Of a stretch of DNA of 64,000 nt, positions 17,742 to 27,513 are shown piece after piece. The DNA is from Clostridiales bacterium (GTDB taxonomy: Bacteria; Bacillota; Clostridia; Oscillospirales; Oscillospiraceae): contig JALFVN010000073.1 in assembly GCA_022787565.1 (NCBI GenBank), positions 24,265-88,264 of the forward strand, written 5' to 3'. The notes under the pieces are model-generated. The model had not been told where the DNA came from. It did no database searches and saw only the letters and a program-made list of their open reading frames with translations. The stretch's first letter is position 1, and every line of letters begins with the position of its first letter. Both the position numbers and the translations under genes were made by a program.

Positions 17742-18193
17742 GGCTCTCCCTCTGGGAGAGCTGTCACCGAAGGTGACTGAGAGGGCCTTGCAGGCGCTTT
17801 TGAATGGTAATATCAATTTGTGTGCACACGCCGCGAAAATCCCTGTCGACATCTCGGTTGGAAAAACGCAGAACCTCCAATCCAAGCGCTGTCAAAAATG
17901 CGGAACGCTCAGAATCATAGGCCATCCCCTGAGGCTCATAGTGTTGAGAACCGTCCAATTCAATCACTAACCTAGCAGAAGTACAATAAAAGTCTACGAT
18001 AAATCTCCCGATGATTCGCTGTTTATAAATCTTCACCGGATATTTGCGGAGGAAAAGATATCAGAGCTTTCGTTCGTGGGGTGTCATCTCCCTGCGTAAC
18101 CGCCGGACGTTTTCCAGTTGGCTGTTGTCCTTTGGTATGGTCATGTTTTTCCCTCTCTGTCGGCTGCGCCGACAGCTCTCCCAAAGGGAGAGC
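17742..18193 (-). mobile_element. DUF559 gene bounded by ~44-bp family-B double-hairpin inverted repeats (candidate autonomous or ancestral unit of family B)
   Basis: IR-L at 17742-17785 is GGCTCTCCCTCTGGGAGAGCTGTCACCGAAGGTGACTGAGAGGG. The reverse complement of IR-R (18151-18193) is GGCTCTCCCTTTGGGAGAGCTGTCGGCGCAGCCGACAGAGAGGG. The second hairpin differs by compensatory changes. Confidence 0.6.
17764..18144 (-). pseudogene. DUF559 (Vsr-like endonuclease fold) gene interrupted by an in-frame TGA
   Basis: The read from ATG at 18144 gives MTIPKDNSQLENVRRLRREMTPHERKL-TGA(18063-18061)-YLFLRKYPVKIYKQRIIGRFIVDFYC...ELDGSQH. The stop sits where the family has a conserved Trp (ERKLW), which fits a TGG-to-TGA change. 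Confidence 0.7.
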
Positions 18194-18266
18194 CAAGTTC
18201 CGCGCGTAACGCACTACACCGAACGGTGTATAGAAGTGCGCTCTTATCTGTTTGGCAAATCGGAAT

Positions 18267-18641
18267 TTATTGAATTGGTGTGCCAATGTGCTTATCCAGT
18301 CTCCACTGTGGAGGCTTTCCGTCATCAGCCCAGTATTCATCCATCGATACGATTTTATCATTCGCTGTTCTTATGAATGACACCACATGGAAATATGCGC
18401 TTCTATCTTGGGGATAAACTTTCGTTGCAGTGATGAATAAATTGCCTACCACTTCAACTCGTTCAACTGTTCCATCCCAATCACCTGGATATTCACAGTT
18501 TGCGATAATGAACTCCTCGACCGTAAAGTGCTCGTTGGAACAATGCCAATTCACATACGCATCTTTGTGAAAGTAGTTTCTGATTGTGTTCTCATCTTGA
18601 GCCAACACAGCCTTAATAAACTGGCAAACATCCATAATCAT
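18267..18641 (-). CDS. Nuclear transport factor 2 (SnoaL-like) family protein
   Basis: 124-aa ORF in a visibly AT-richer patch, with a cone-fold-like sequence (NYFHKDAYVNWHCSNEHFT...VVSFIRTANDKIVSMDEYWADD). Confidence 0.55.
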   Translation of the reverse strand: MIMDVCQFIKAVLAQDENTIRNYFHKDAYVNWHCSNEHFTVEEFIIANCEYPGDWDGTVERVEVVGNLFITATKVYPQDRSAYFHVVSFIRTANDKIVSMDEYWADDGKPPQWRLDKHIGTPIQ

Positions 18642-18804
18642 TTACCTCGTCAGATTTCGATTTGAAGGGCTGTTTGCTTCCACATTATCACATAACGGGA
18701 TAAAATACAAGAACAACCACAGCACTGTTAACTGTCTTATGAACACCGCACTTTCAGGGGAGCCATTTTGCGTGACCAACCGTGCCCCTCCCGCCGTGGA
18801 GGCG

Positions 18805-18868
18805 GATTTCATCACGAAGTGATTTCATCCCTGCAGGGATTTCATCCGTCCATAGGGCGGATATCATT
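18805..18868 (+). repeat. Direct 9-mer repeats GATTTCATC x3 plus degenerate GATATCATT
   Basis: Copies lie at 18805, 18821 and 18838 (exact) and 18860 (2 mismatches), with spacings of 16, 17 and 22 nt. The array sits just outside the capA terminator. Confidence 0.6.
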
Positions 18869-18869
18869 G

Positions 18870-18896
18870 AAAAAAGCACCCTTTCGGGTGCTTTTT
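18870..18896 (-). terminator. Rho-independent (bidirectional-looking) terminator after capA-1
   Basis: aaaaaagcaccc-tttc-gggtgctttttt. Confidence 0.8.
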
Positions 18897-20033
18897 TCAG
18901 GAGTGCTCATTGTGCCAGGCGGAGTAGTCCGCGTTGCCGTTGGGGCCGTCAAAGCTGCCGTCCAGCTTGCTGATCACCCGGTCGTACTCCTCTGTGCCCT
19001 CCTCATAGGGGGTGGGCCGGTAGTCGTTGGAATCCCGGGCCTCGCTGACACAGCAGGGGATTACAGTGATCCCGTCACCGGTGACGCTGCCGTCCGGATC
19101 CCGCTTCAGCGTGACCTGAACAATAGCGGTGTCCCAGTCAGAGGGGTTGGTGTTGCCGCCGAAGCTCCAGTTGCCCATGCTGTAGAGAATGATGCCGCCG
19201 TTATACTCCTCAATGGGCTGGAGACAATGGGGATGGCTGCCGAAGATCATATCTGCGCCGGCGTCGATGCAGGCATGGGCCAGATCGATCTGGTACTGCT
19301 CAGGCCGGACGTGGAGCTCAACACCCCAGTGAAAAGCGCAGATGATGTAATCCGCGCCCTCGTCTTTCAGCTGCCCGATGGCAGCGACGCATTTTTCCGT
19401 ATCGGGCATGTATCCGTTGAAGGCGCAGTAAATGCCCAGCTTCAGACCGTTGGGCGTGGTGACGATCTGGGCCTGGTTTTCCGTACCGTAGGGGATGTTC
19501 ACGGCTTCCAGGGCTGCGTAGGTATCCTCTGTGCCCACGGTGCCGAAGTCCATGCTGTGGTTATTGGCAGTGGTCACAAAGTCCACACCGCCCTGAACCA
19601 GAATATTGGCCCATTCGGCAGGGGCACGGAAAAAGAAAGTCTGCTCCGACCACAGATTCTTGTCGGAGAAGCTGCATTCCAGATTTCCGATGGTGTATTC
19701 GTCATTTTCAAAATACTGTACGGTGTTGGAGAAGGGATAGGAATAATCCCCGTTCATTTTTGCCGAATAATCGCTGGTGTACTGATGGGAGGCCAGGGTG
19801 CAGTCACCGATAAAAGAGAGGGTGAAATACTCCGGCTCCGGTGTGGGCGTGGGTGTCGGTGCAGGCGTGGGCGTAGGCGTCGGCACGGGCGTTGGCTCCG
19901 CGCTCTCCGCGGGCTTGGGCGCAGGCTCGGCGGGAGGACTGTAATTTCCCAGGGAAAGGCGCAGCATGACGACATAGCCCATGGCGCAGAAGGTGATGAA
20001 CAGACAGATGACACTGACAATATATTTCTTCAT
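18897..20033 (-). CDS. CapA family (PGA_cap metallophosphatase-like) membrane-anchored protein
   Basis: 378 aa: an N-terminal TM helix, a Pro/Thr/Ala-rich linker, then FIGDCTL, VTTANNHSMDFG, CAFHWGVE, GSHPHCLQPIE and GNWSFGG motifs. Confidence 0.8.
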   Translation of the reverse strand: MKKYIVSVICLFITFCAMGYVVMLRLSLGNYSPPAEPAPKPAESAEPTPVPTPTPTPAPTPTPTPEPEYFTLSFIGDCTLASHQYTSDYSAKMNGDYSYPFSNTVQYFENDEYTIGNLECSFSDKNLWSEQTFFFRAPAEWANILVQGGVDFVTTANNHSMDFGTVGTEDTYAALEAVNIPYGTENQAQIVTTPNGLKLGIYCAFNGYMPDTEKCVAAIGQLKDEGADYIICAFHWGVELHVRPEQYQIDLAHACIDAGADMIFGSHPHCLQPIEEYNGGIILYSMGNWSFGGNTNPSDWDTAIVQVTLKRDPDGSVTGDGITVIPCCVSEARDSNDYRPTPYEEGTEEYDRVISKLDGSFDGPNGNADYSAWHNEHS

Positions 20034-20251
20034 TGATCAAACCTCAACATTATCAGACAGTGTTCCACATTATAAAGAAGTTTTATCCATAAAGCAAGAG
20101 CAATCTTCCAAATAACGGAAAATTATGATTTTTTAAGAAATGCCTGGATTTATTATTTTACAGCTTTTATAAAATCATGCCCGTCAACAGAACAAAAAAT
20201 GAGCGCAAAAAACCACATCCACAGATCGAAACCGGGATGTGGCCTTTTTTC

Positions 20252-21424
20252 TTATCCGCGCTGATACCAGGAGCTGTAGTCTACGTCAATGTCGCCGCCC
20301 TCGTAGGTACCGTTGAGCTTGGAGATGACCCGCTCGTATTCGGCGCTGCCCTCCTCGTAGGGGGTGGGCTTATAGTCGTTATAGGCGTATTTCTTGACGT
20401 TATCCGGGTCCGGCTCCCTGCTGCTGACCCGGCAGGGGATAACGGTGATCCCGTCGTTGGAAACGCTGCCGTCGGCATCCCGGCGGAGATTGAGCTGGAC
20501 AATGGCAGTGTCCGGGTCCGTGGGCATGTCGCTGCCGCCGAAGCTCCAGTTGCCCATGCCGTAGAGGATCACACTGTCCTTATATTCCTCAATGGGCTGG
20601 AGACAGTGGGCATGGCTGCCGTAGACCAGGTCTGCTCCCGCGTCCGCACAGGCATGGGCCAGATCGATCTGTTCCTGCTTGGGACTGTAGACCAGCTCGT
20701 CCCTGCCCCAGTGGAACATGCAGATAATGTAATCCGCCCCCTGGTTTTTCAGCTGGGCCACGGCCTGGACGGCCTTGTTCGTGTCCGGCTCAAAATTGTT
20801 GTAGGCAGTGTAGACGCCAAATTTGATGCCGTTTTTGCTCTCTACAATCTGGGCCTGATCCTCGATGCCGTAGGGCAGGCCCACGGCCTCAAGAGCGGCG
20901 CAGGTGTCGTCCACACCGGCCTGATAGAAGTCGTAGCTGTGGTTGTTGGCGGTGGTCACAAAGTCCACGCCGCCCTGGGTCAGGATGTTGGCATAATCGC
21001 TGCCGGCGATAAAATAGAACATGGCCACGGTGTAATCGTAGGGCAGGTCCCGGTCGGAGAAGGTACACTCCAGGTTGGCGATGGTGAATTCATCGCTTTC
21101 AAAATACTGCACGGTGTTGGCGAAAGGATAGGAAAAATCTCCGTTCACCTTGTTGACAAAGTCGGCGGAGTTGGGGCGGGGGCCCAGAGTGCAGTCGCCA
21201 ATGGCGGAAAGGGTGAAATACTCCGGTTCCGGCTCCGGTTGGGCAACAGGCTCCGGCGTGGCCTCCGGTTCAGGCGTAGTCTGGGGCTGCTGGGTCTCCT
21301 GCTGGGCAGCCTGGTTCGCGGCGTTTACCGCGTCCACATTCAGGGATATCCGCTGAAGTACGATATAAAACATGGTGCAGAACAAAAACAGCACGCAGAG
21401 AACGCTTAAAAGATATTTTTTCAT
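20252..21424 (-). CDS. CapA family protein, tandem paralog
   Basis: 390 aa with the same architecture and motifs as its neighbour (AIGDCTL, VTTANNHSYDF, CMFHWG, GSHAHCLQPIE, GNWSFGG). Confidence 0.8.
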   Translation of the reverse strand: MKKYLLSVLCVLFLFCTMFYIVLQRISLNVDAVNAANQAAQQETQQPQTTPEPEATPEPVAQPEPEPEYFTLSAIGDCTLGPRPNSADFVNKVNGDFSYPFANTVQYFESDEFTIANLECTFSDRDLPYDYTVAMFYFIAGSDYANILTQGGVDFVTTANNHSYDFYQAGVDDTCAALEAVGLPYGIEDQAQIVESKNGIKFGVYTAYNNFEPDTNKAVQAVAQLKNQGADYIICMFHWGRDELVYSPKQEQIDLAHACADAGADLVYGSHAHCLQPIEEYKDSVILYGMGNWSFGGSDMPTDPDTAIVQLNLRRDADGSVSNDGITVIPCRVSSREPDPDNVKKYAYNDYKPTPYEEGSAEYERVISKLNGTYEGGDIDVDYSSWYQRG

Positions 21425-21511
21425 TTACCGAACCTCGTTGAAAAATCATACGCAGTTATTCTATTGATTTCCCGGCAATATTGCAATAGTCAATATGTTA
21501 AATTTTTCAGC

Positions 21512-21548
21512 AAAAAAAGCCAAAACCCCGGAAAACCGGGGCTTTGGC
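21512..21548 (-). terminator. Rho-independent terminator after hppA
   Basis: gccaaaaccccgg-aaaa-ccggggctttggc with a T-run on the minus strand (aaaaaaa at 21512-21518). Confidence 0.8.
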
Positions 21549-21582
21549 AAAATTTTAAGAAAGTTAAGAATTGAAAATCGCC

Positions 21583-23580
<1,998 letters not shown>

Positions 23581-24146
23581 AGAATTAGTCTCCCTTAAGT
23601 TTATTTGCTCTGTGTTTGTAGATTTTAGACTATAAACAGCATTTTATCAAGGCGGAAAAAACGAGTTTTAGGGCATAATGCCCAAGTTCGTATGTTTCAC
23701 TGAAATGCATGAGCGGAGAGCCATGTTCTCCGGCAAATTACACAAAAAATATCCCAATAAATGTCAGAATCTAAACGAATACATGACAGTCTGCGGGTAA
23801 ATGTATTGACATTGTTTGGAGAAAATAACTAAAATCAGAACTTTTTAACCCCAATTAAAAGAATAAAATCTATCAAACACACAAAGAAAACCGTGAAAAG
23901 AAAAACTTACAGATCTGCTGCTGATCCGACGAAGACTGGGAAAATACACAAAAATATCCCATTCTTTTCGGACGACAGGGTGGAATTCACTATACAGCCG
24001 AAAAATGTTTCACTTGAAAGAGAAGATTAGCCTGGTCAGAGGCATAATACATTTGAACAGATGCTTTGTTGACACGACTTTGCTCCCGTGATAAACTTCA
24101 AAAAAGAAATCATGCGGAAAACATTGGAGTAAAGGGAGGACAAGCG

Positions 24147-25025
24147 GTGAAAGGGATCATTCTTGCAGGAGGCAGCGGCAAGCGGCTGTATCCACTGACA
24201 AAGGTCACATCCAAGCAGCTTCTTCCCGTCTATGACAAGCCCATGATTTTTTACCCGCTTTCTACCCTGATGCTGGCGGGCATCCGGGATATTCTCATTA
24301 TCTCCACACCCGCCGATCTGCCCAATTTTGAGCGTCTGCTGGGTGACGGCAGCCAGTACGGCATCCGGCTGAGCTACAAGGTGCAGCCCTCTCCCGACGG
24401 GCTGGCCCAGGCCTTTATCCTGGGCGAGGAGTTCATCGGTGACGACCGGGCCGCTATGATCCTGGGCGATAATATTTTCTACGGCGCCGGTCTGGGCGAG
24501 CATCTGCGCCGGGCGGCAAAGCAGGAAGAGGGCGCCACGGTGTTCGGCTACTATGTGGAGGATCCGGAGCGCTTCGGCGTGGTGGAGTTCGACAAAAACG
24601 GCAAGGCCGTTTCTATCGAGGAAAAACCCAAAAAGCCCAAGTCCAATTACGCCGTTACCGGCCTGTATTTTTATGACAAAAAAGTCTGCAAACGGGCCAA
24701 ATCCCTGAAACCCTCCGCCAGAGGAGAGCTGGAAATCACAGACCTGAACCGGCTCTATCTGGAAGAGGACAGGCTGAACGTGATCACTCTGGGCCGGGGC
24801 TATGCCTGGCTGGACACCGGCACCATGGACTCTCTGGCTCAGGCCACGGAGTTCGTGCGGGTGGTGGAGTCACGGGAGGGCATTCAGATCGCCGCGCTGG
24901 AGGAGATCGCTTACCACAGCGGCTGGATCAGCCGGGCGGAGCTTCTCCAAGCAGCGGAGAATTACGGTCAGTCCCCCTATGGAAAGCACCTGCTGAACGT
25001 GGCCGCGGGGAAATACATGTATTGA
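24147..25025 (+). CDS. rfbA: Glucose-1-phosphate thymidylyltransferase
   Basis: GTG start after an AAGGGAGGA RBS. Begins [18 protein letters not shown]; also [11 protein letters not shown]. Confidence 0.93.
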   Translation: MKGIILAGGSGKRLYPLTKVTSKQLLPVYDKPMIFYPLSTLMLAGIRDILIISTPADLPNFERLLGDGSQYGIRLSYKVQPSPDGLAQAFILGEEFIGDDRAAMILGDNIFYGAGLGEHLRRAAKQEEGATVFGYYVEDPERFGVVEFDKNGKAVSIEEKPKKPKSNYAVTGLYFYDKKVCKRAKSLKPSARGELEITDLNRLYLEEDRLNVITLGRGYAWLDTGTMDSLAQATEFVRVVESREGIQIAALEEIAYHSGWISRAELLQAAENYGQSPYGKHLLNVAAGKYMY

Positions 25026-25037
25026 GGGAGAGACAAG

Positions 25038-25583
25038 ATGAAGCTGATCCGAACCGCCCTCGCGGGTGTTTTTATCCTGGAGCCGGAGGTGCATGGGGAC
25101 AGCCGGGGCTTCTTCATGGAGAGCTGGTCAAAGCGCAGCTTTGAAGAGGCCGGATTGTTTTACGATTTTGTCCAGGACAACCACTCCTCCTCCACCGTGA
25201 AGGGCACCCTGCGGGGCATCCATTTCCAGCGGGGGGAGTGGTCCCAGGCCAAGCTGCTGCGCTGCGTCCGGGGCGCTGTGCTGGATGTGGCTGTGGATCT
25301 CAGACCGGAGAGCCCCACCTATAAAAAATGGGTGGCGGTGGAGCTGTCGGCAGAAAACAAAAAGCAGCTGCTTATCCCCCGGCGCATGGGCCATGGCTTT
25401 GTTACCCTGACCGACGATGTGGAATTTCTCTATAAGGCGGACAATTTCTATGCCCCTGAGGCCGACGGCGGCATCCGCTGGAACGACCCGGAGCTGAACA
25501 TCGACTGGGGCGTGGAAGAGCCGATGCTCTCGACAAAGGATCGGAATGCCCCCTTCCTGAAAGACGCGATAACGGATTTTTAG
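25038..25583 (+). CDS. rfbC: dTDP-4-dehydrorhamnose 3,5-epimerase
   Basis: 181 aa with GDSRGFF, TLRGIHFQ and a cupin fold. Confidence 0.93.
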   Translation: MKLIRTALAGVFILEPEVHGDSRGFFMESWSKRSFEEAGLFYDFVQDNHSSSTVKGTLRGIHFQRGEWSQAKLLRCVRGAVLDVAVDLRPESPTYKKWVAVELSAENKKQLLIPRRMGHGFVTLTDDVEFLYKADNFYAPEADGGIRWNDPELNIDWGVEEPMLSTKDRNAPFLKDAITDF

Positions 25584-25602
25584 CCGAAAAAGGAGAAAAA
25601 AT

Positions 25603-26619
25603 ATGAAGCTGTTCATTACCGGCGGAGCCGGATTTATCGGAAGCAACTTCATTTTTTATATGCGCAGGACCCACCCGGACGATGACCTGGTGTGTCTGGA
25701 CAAGCTGACCTATGCGGGCAATCTGGAAACCCTGGCTCCCGTGATGAACGATCCAAAGTTCAAGTTCGTCCGCGTTGACATTGCCGACCGGAAGGCGGTC
25801 TGCGATCTCTTTGAGGCGGAGAAGCCCGACGTGGTGGTGAATTTCGCGGCGGAGAGTCATGTGGACCGCTCCATCGAGAACCCCGCTGTTTTTCTGGAGA
25901 CCAACGTGATGGGCACCCAGGTGCTGCTGGACGCCTGCCGCATATACGGTATACGTCGTTTTCACCAGGTCTCTACCGACGAGGTGTACGGCGACCTGCC
26001 TCTAAACCGGCCGGAGCTGATGTTCACCGAGCAGAGCCTGCTTCACCCATCCAGTCCCTATTCCGCCTCCAAGGCATCAGCGGACCTGCTGTGCCTGGCC
26101 TATCACCGCACCTACGGCATGCCCATCACCATCAGCCGCTGCTCCAACAACTACGGGCCCTATCAGTTCCCGGAAAAGCTCATCCCCCTGATGATCGCAA
26201 ACTGCACCGCGGGTAAGCCGCTGCCGGTCTACGGTCAGGGCCTGAACGTGCGGGACTGGCTGTATGTGGAGGATCACTGCTCCGCCATCGACCTGATCTT
26301 GCAGGGCGGCAAGGAGGGCCAGGTGTACAATATCGGCGGCCACAACGAGATGCGCAATATCGACATTGTTAAGCTCATTGTCCACACTCTGGGCAGGAGC
26401 GAGGAGCTGATCACCTATGTGACCGACCGGAAGGGCCATGACATGCGCTATGCCATCGACCCCAGCTTTATCCATAAGGAGCTGGGCTGGCTGCCGCAGA
26501 CCAGATTTGAAAACGGCATCGTCAAGACCATCCAGTGGTACATGGATAACCGGAGCTGGTGGGAAAACATTCTCAGCGGAGAATATATAAACTGTTATGA
26601 CAGACTGTACGGCAGGTGA
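25603..26619 (+). CDS. rfbB: dTDP-glucose 4,6-dehydratase
   Basis: 338 aa with GGAGFIGSNF, STDEVYG and YSASKASAD. Confidence 0.95.
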   Translation: MKLFITGGAGFIGSNFIFYMRRTHPDDDLVCLDKLTYAGNLETLAPVMNDPKFKFVRVDIADRKAVCDLFEAEKPDVVVNFAAESHVDRSIENPAVFLETNVMGTQVLLDACRIYGIRRFHQVSTDEVYGDLPLNRPELMFTEQSLLHPSSPYSASKASADLLCLAYHRTYGMPITISRCSNNYGPYQFPEKLIPLMIANCTAGKPLPVYGQGLNVRDWLYVEDHCSAIDLILQGGKEGQVYNIGGHNEMRNIDIVKLIVHTLGRSEELITYVTDRKGHDMRYAIDPSFIHKELGWLPQTRFENGIVKTIQWYMDNRSWWENILSGEYINCYDRLYGR

Positions 26620-26623
26620 GAAG

Positions 26624-27472
26624 ATGAAGGTTTTGGTCACCGGAGAGAGCGGCCAGTTGGGCCATGACGTCTGCCTCACCCTTGAGCGGCGGGGAATAGC
26701 GCATAAGGGCCTTTCCTCAAAAGATCTGGATATCCGGGACGGTACCGCGGTGCAACGCGTGCTGGAGGAGTACCGCCCGGACGCAGTGATTCACTGCGCC
26801 GCCTATACCGGGGTGGACAGAGCGGAGGAGGAGCCGGAAGCGTGCTTTGCCGTGAATGCCCAGGGCACCCGGAATATTGCCCGGGCCTGCGCCCTGACCG
26901 GGGCAAAGCTGCTGTATATCTCTACGGACTATGTGTTTCCCGGCAAGGGGGAACGCTATTATGCACCGGAGGACGAAACCGGACCTCTCAGCGTCTACGG
27001 CAAAAGCAAGCTGGAGGGGGAAAGAGCGGTGAAGGAGCTGCTGGACAGGTTTTTCATTATCCGGACCTCCTGGGTCTTCGGAATAAACGGCAGCAATTTT
27101 ATCAGGACTATGCTCCGCCTTTCCGAAACAAATGATACTGTACGCGTGGTGGCGGACCAGGTGGGAAGCCCTACCTATACGGCGGATCTGGCCCCCCTGC
27201 TCTGCAACATGATCCAGACAGAGAAATACGGCATATATCACGTCACCAACGAAGGGCTCTGCTCCTGGGCAGAGCTTGCGGAGGCGGTTTTTGCCGCCGC
27301 TGGAAGAGAGACAAAGGTGCAGCGCATCACCACGGAGGAATACGGCGCGAAAGCGCCGAGACCGAAAAATTCCCGTCTGTCCAAGGCAAAACTGACAGAA
27401 CAGGGTTTTTCGCGCCTGCCGCTCTGGCAGGACGCGGTAAAACGCTTTCTGTTGGAATTGAACATCGGATAA
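26624..27472 (+). CDS. rfbD: dTDP-4-dehydrorhamnose reductase
   Basis: Internal ATG at 26624 (MKVLVTGESGQLG); also YGKSKLEGE. Confidence 0.9.
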   Translation: MKVLVTGESGQLGHDVCLTLERRGIAHKGLSSKDLDIRDGTAVQRVLEEYRPDAVIHCAAYTGVDRAEEEPEACFAVNAQGTRNIARACALTGAKLLYISTDYVFPGKGERYYAPEDETGPLSVYGKSKLEGERAVKELLDRFFIIRTSWVFGINGSNFIRTMLRLSETNDTVRVVADQVGSPTYTADLAPLLCNMIQTEKYGIYHVTNEGLCSWAELAEAVFAAAGRETKVQRITTEEYGAKAPRPKNSRLSKAKLTEQGFSRLPLWQDAVKRFLLELNIG

Positions 27473-27475
27473 AAT

Positions 27476-27508
27476 GAACATCCCTGCGCTGCCGCAGGGA
27501 TGTTTTTC
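27476..27508. terminator. Bidirectional terminator between rfbD and the convergent glycosyltransferase
   Basis: gaacatccctgcg-ctgc-cgcagggatgttttt. Confidence 0.8.
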
Positions 27509-27513
27509 GCTGT

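Noticed and set aside
18061-18063. In-frame TGA in the DUF559 gene as evidence for TGA=Trp recoding (an alternative genetic code)
   Set aside because: Many well-supported genes in the window terminate at TGA at the expected family length, for example the YlmH-like gene at 3661-3663, the MFS gene at 6333-6335 and the TagG-like gene. The standard code therefore applies, and a nonsense mutation is the simpler explanation.
18768-21409. Two ~410-420-aa plus-strand ORFs opposite the capA paralogs
   Set aside because: Both (18768-20036 and 20177-21409) mirror the minus-strand CapA genes, which have TM anchors, RBSs and conserved metallophosphatase-like motifs. The plus-strand products are repetitive Gly/Val/Ala/Arg sequences.
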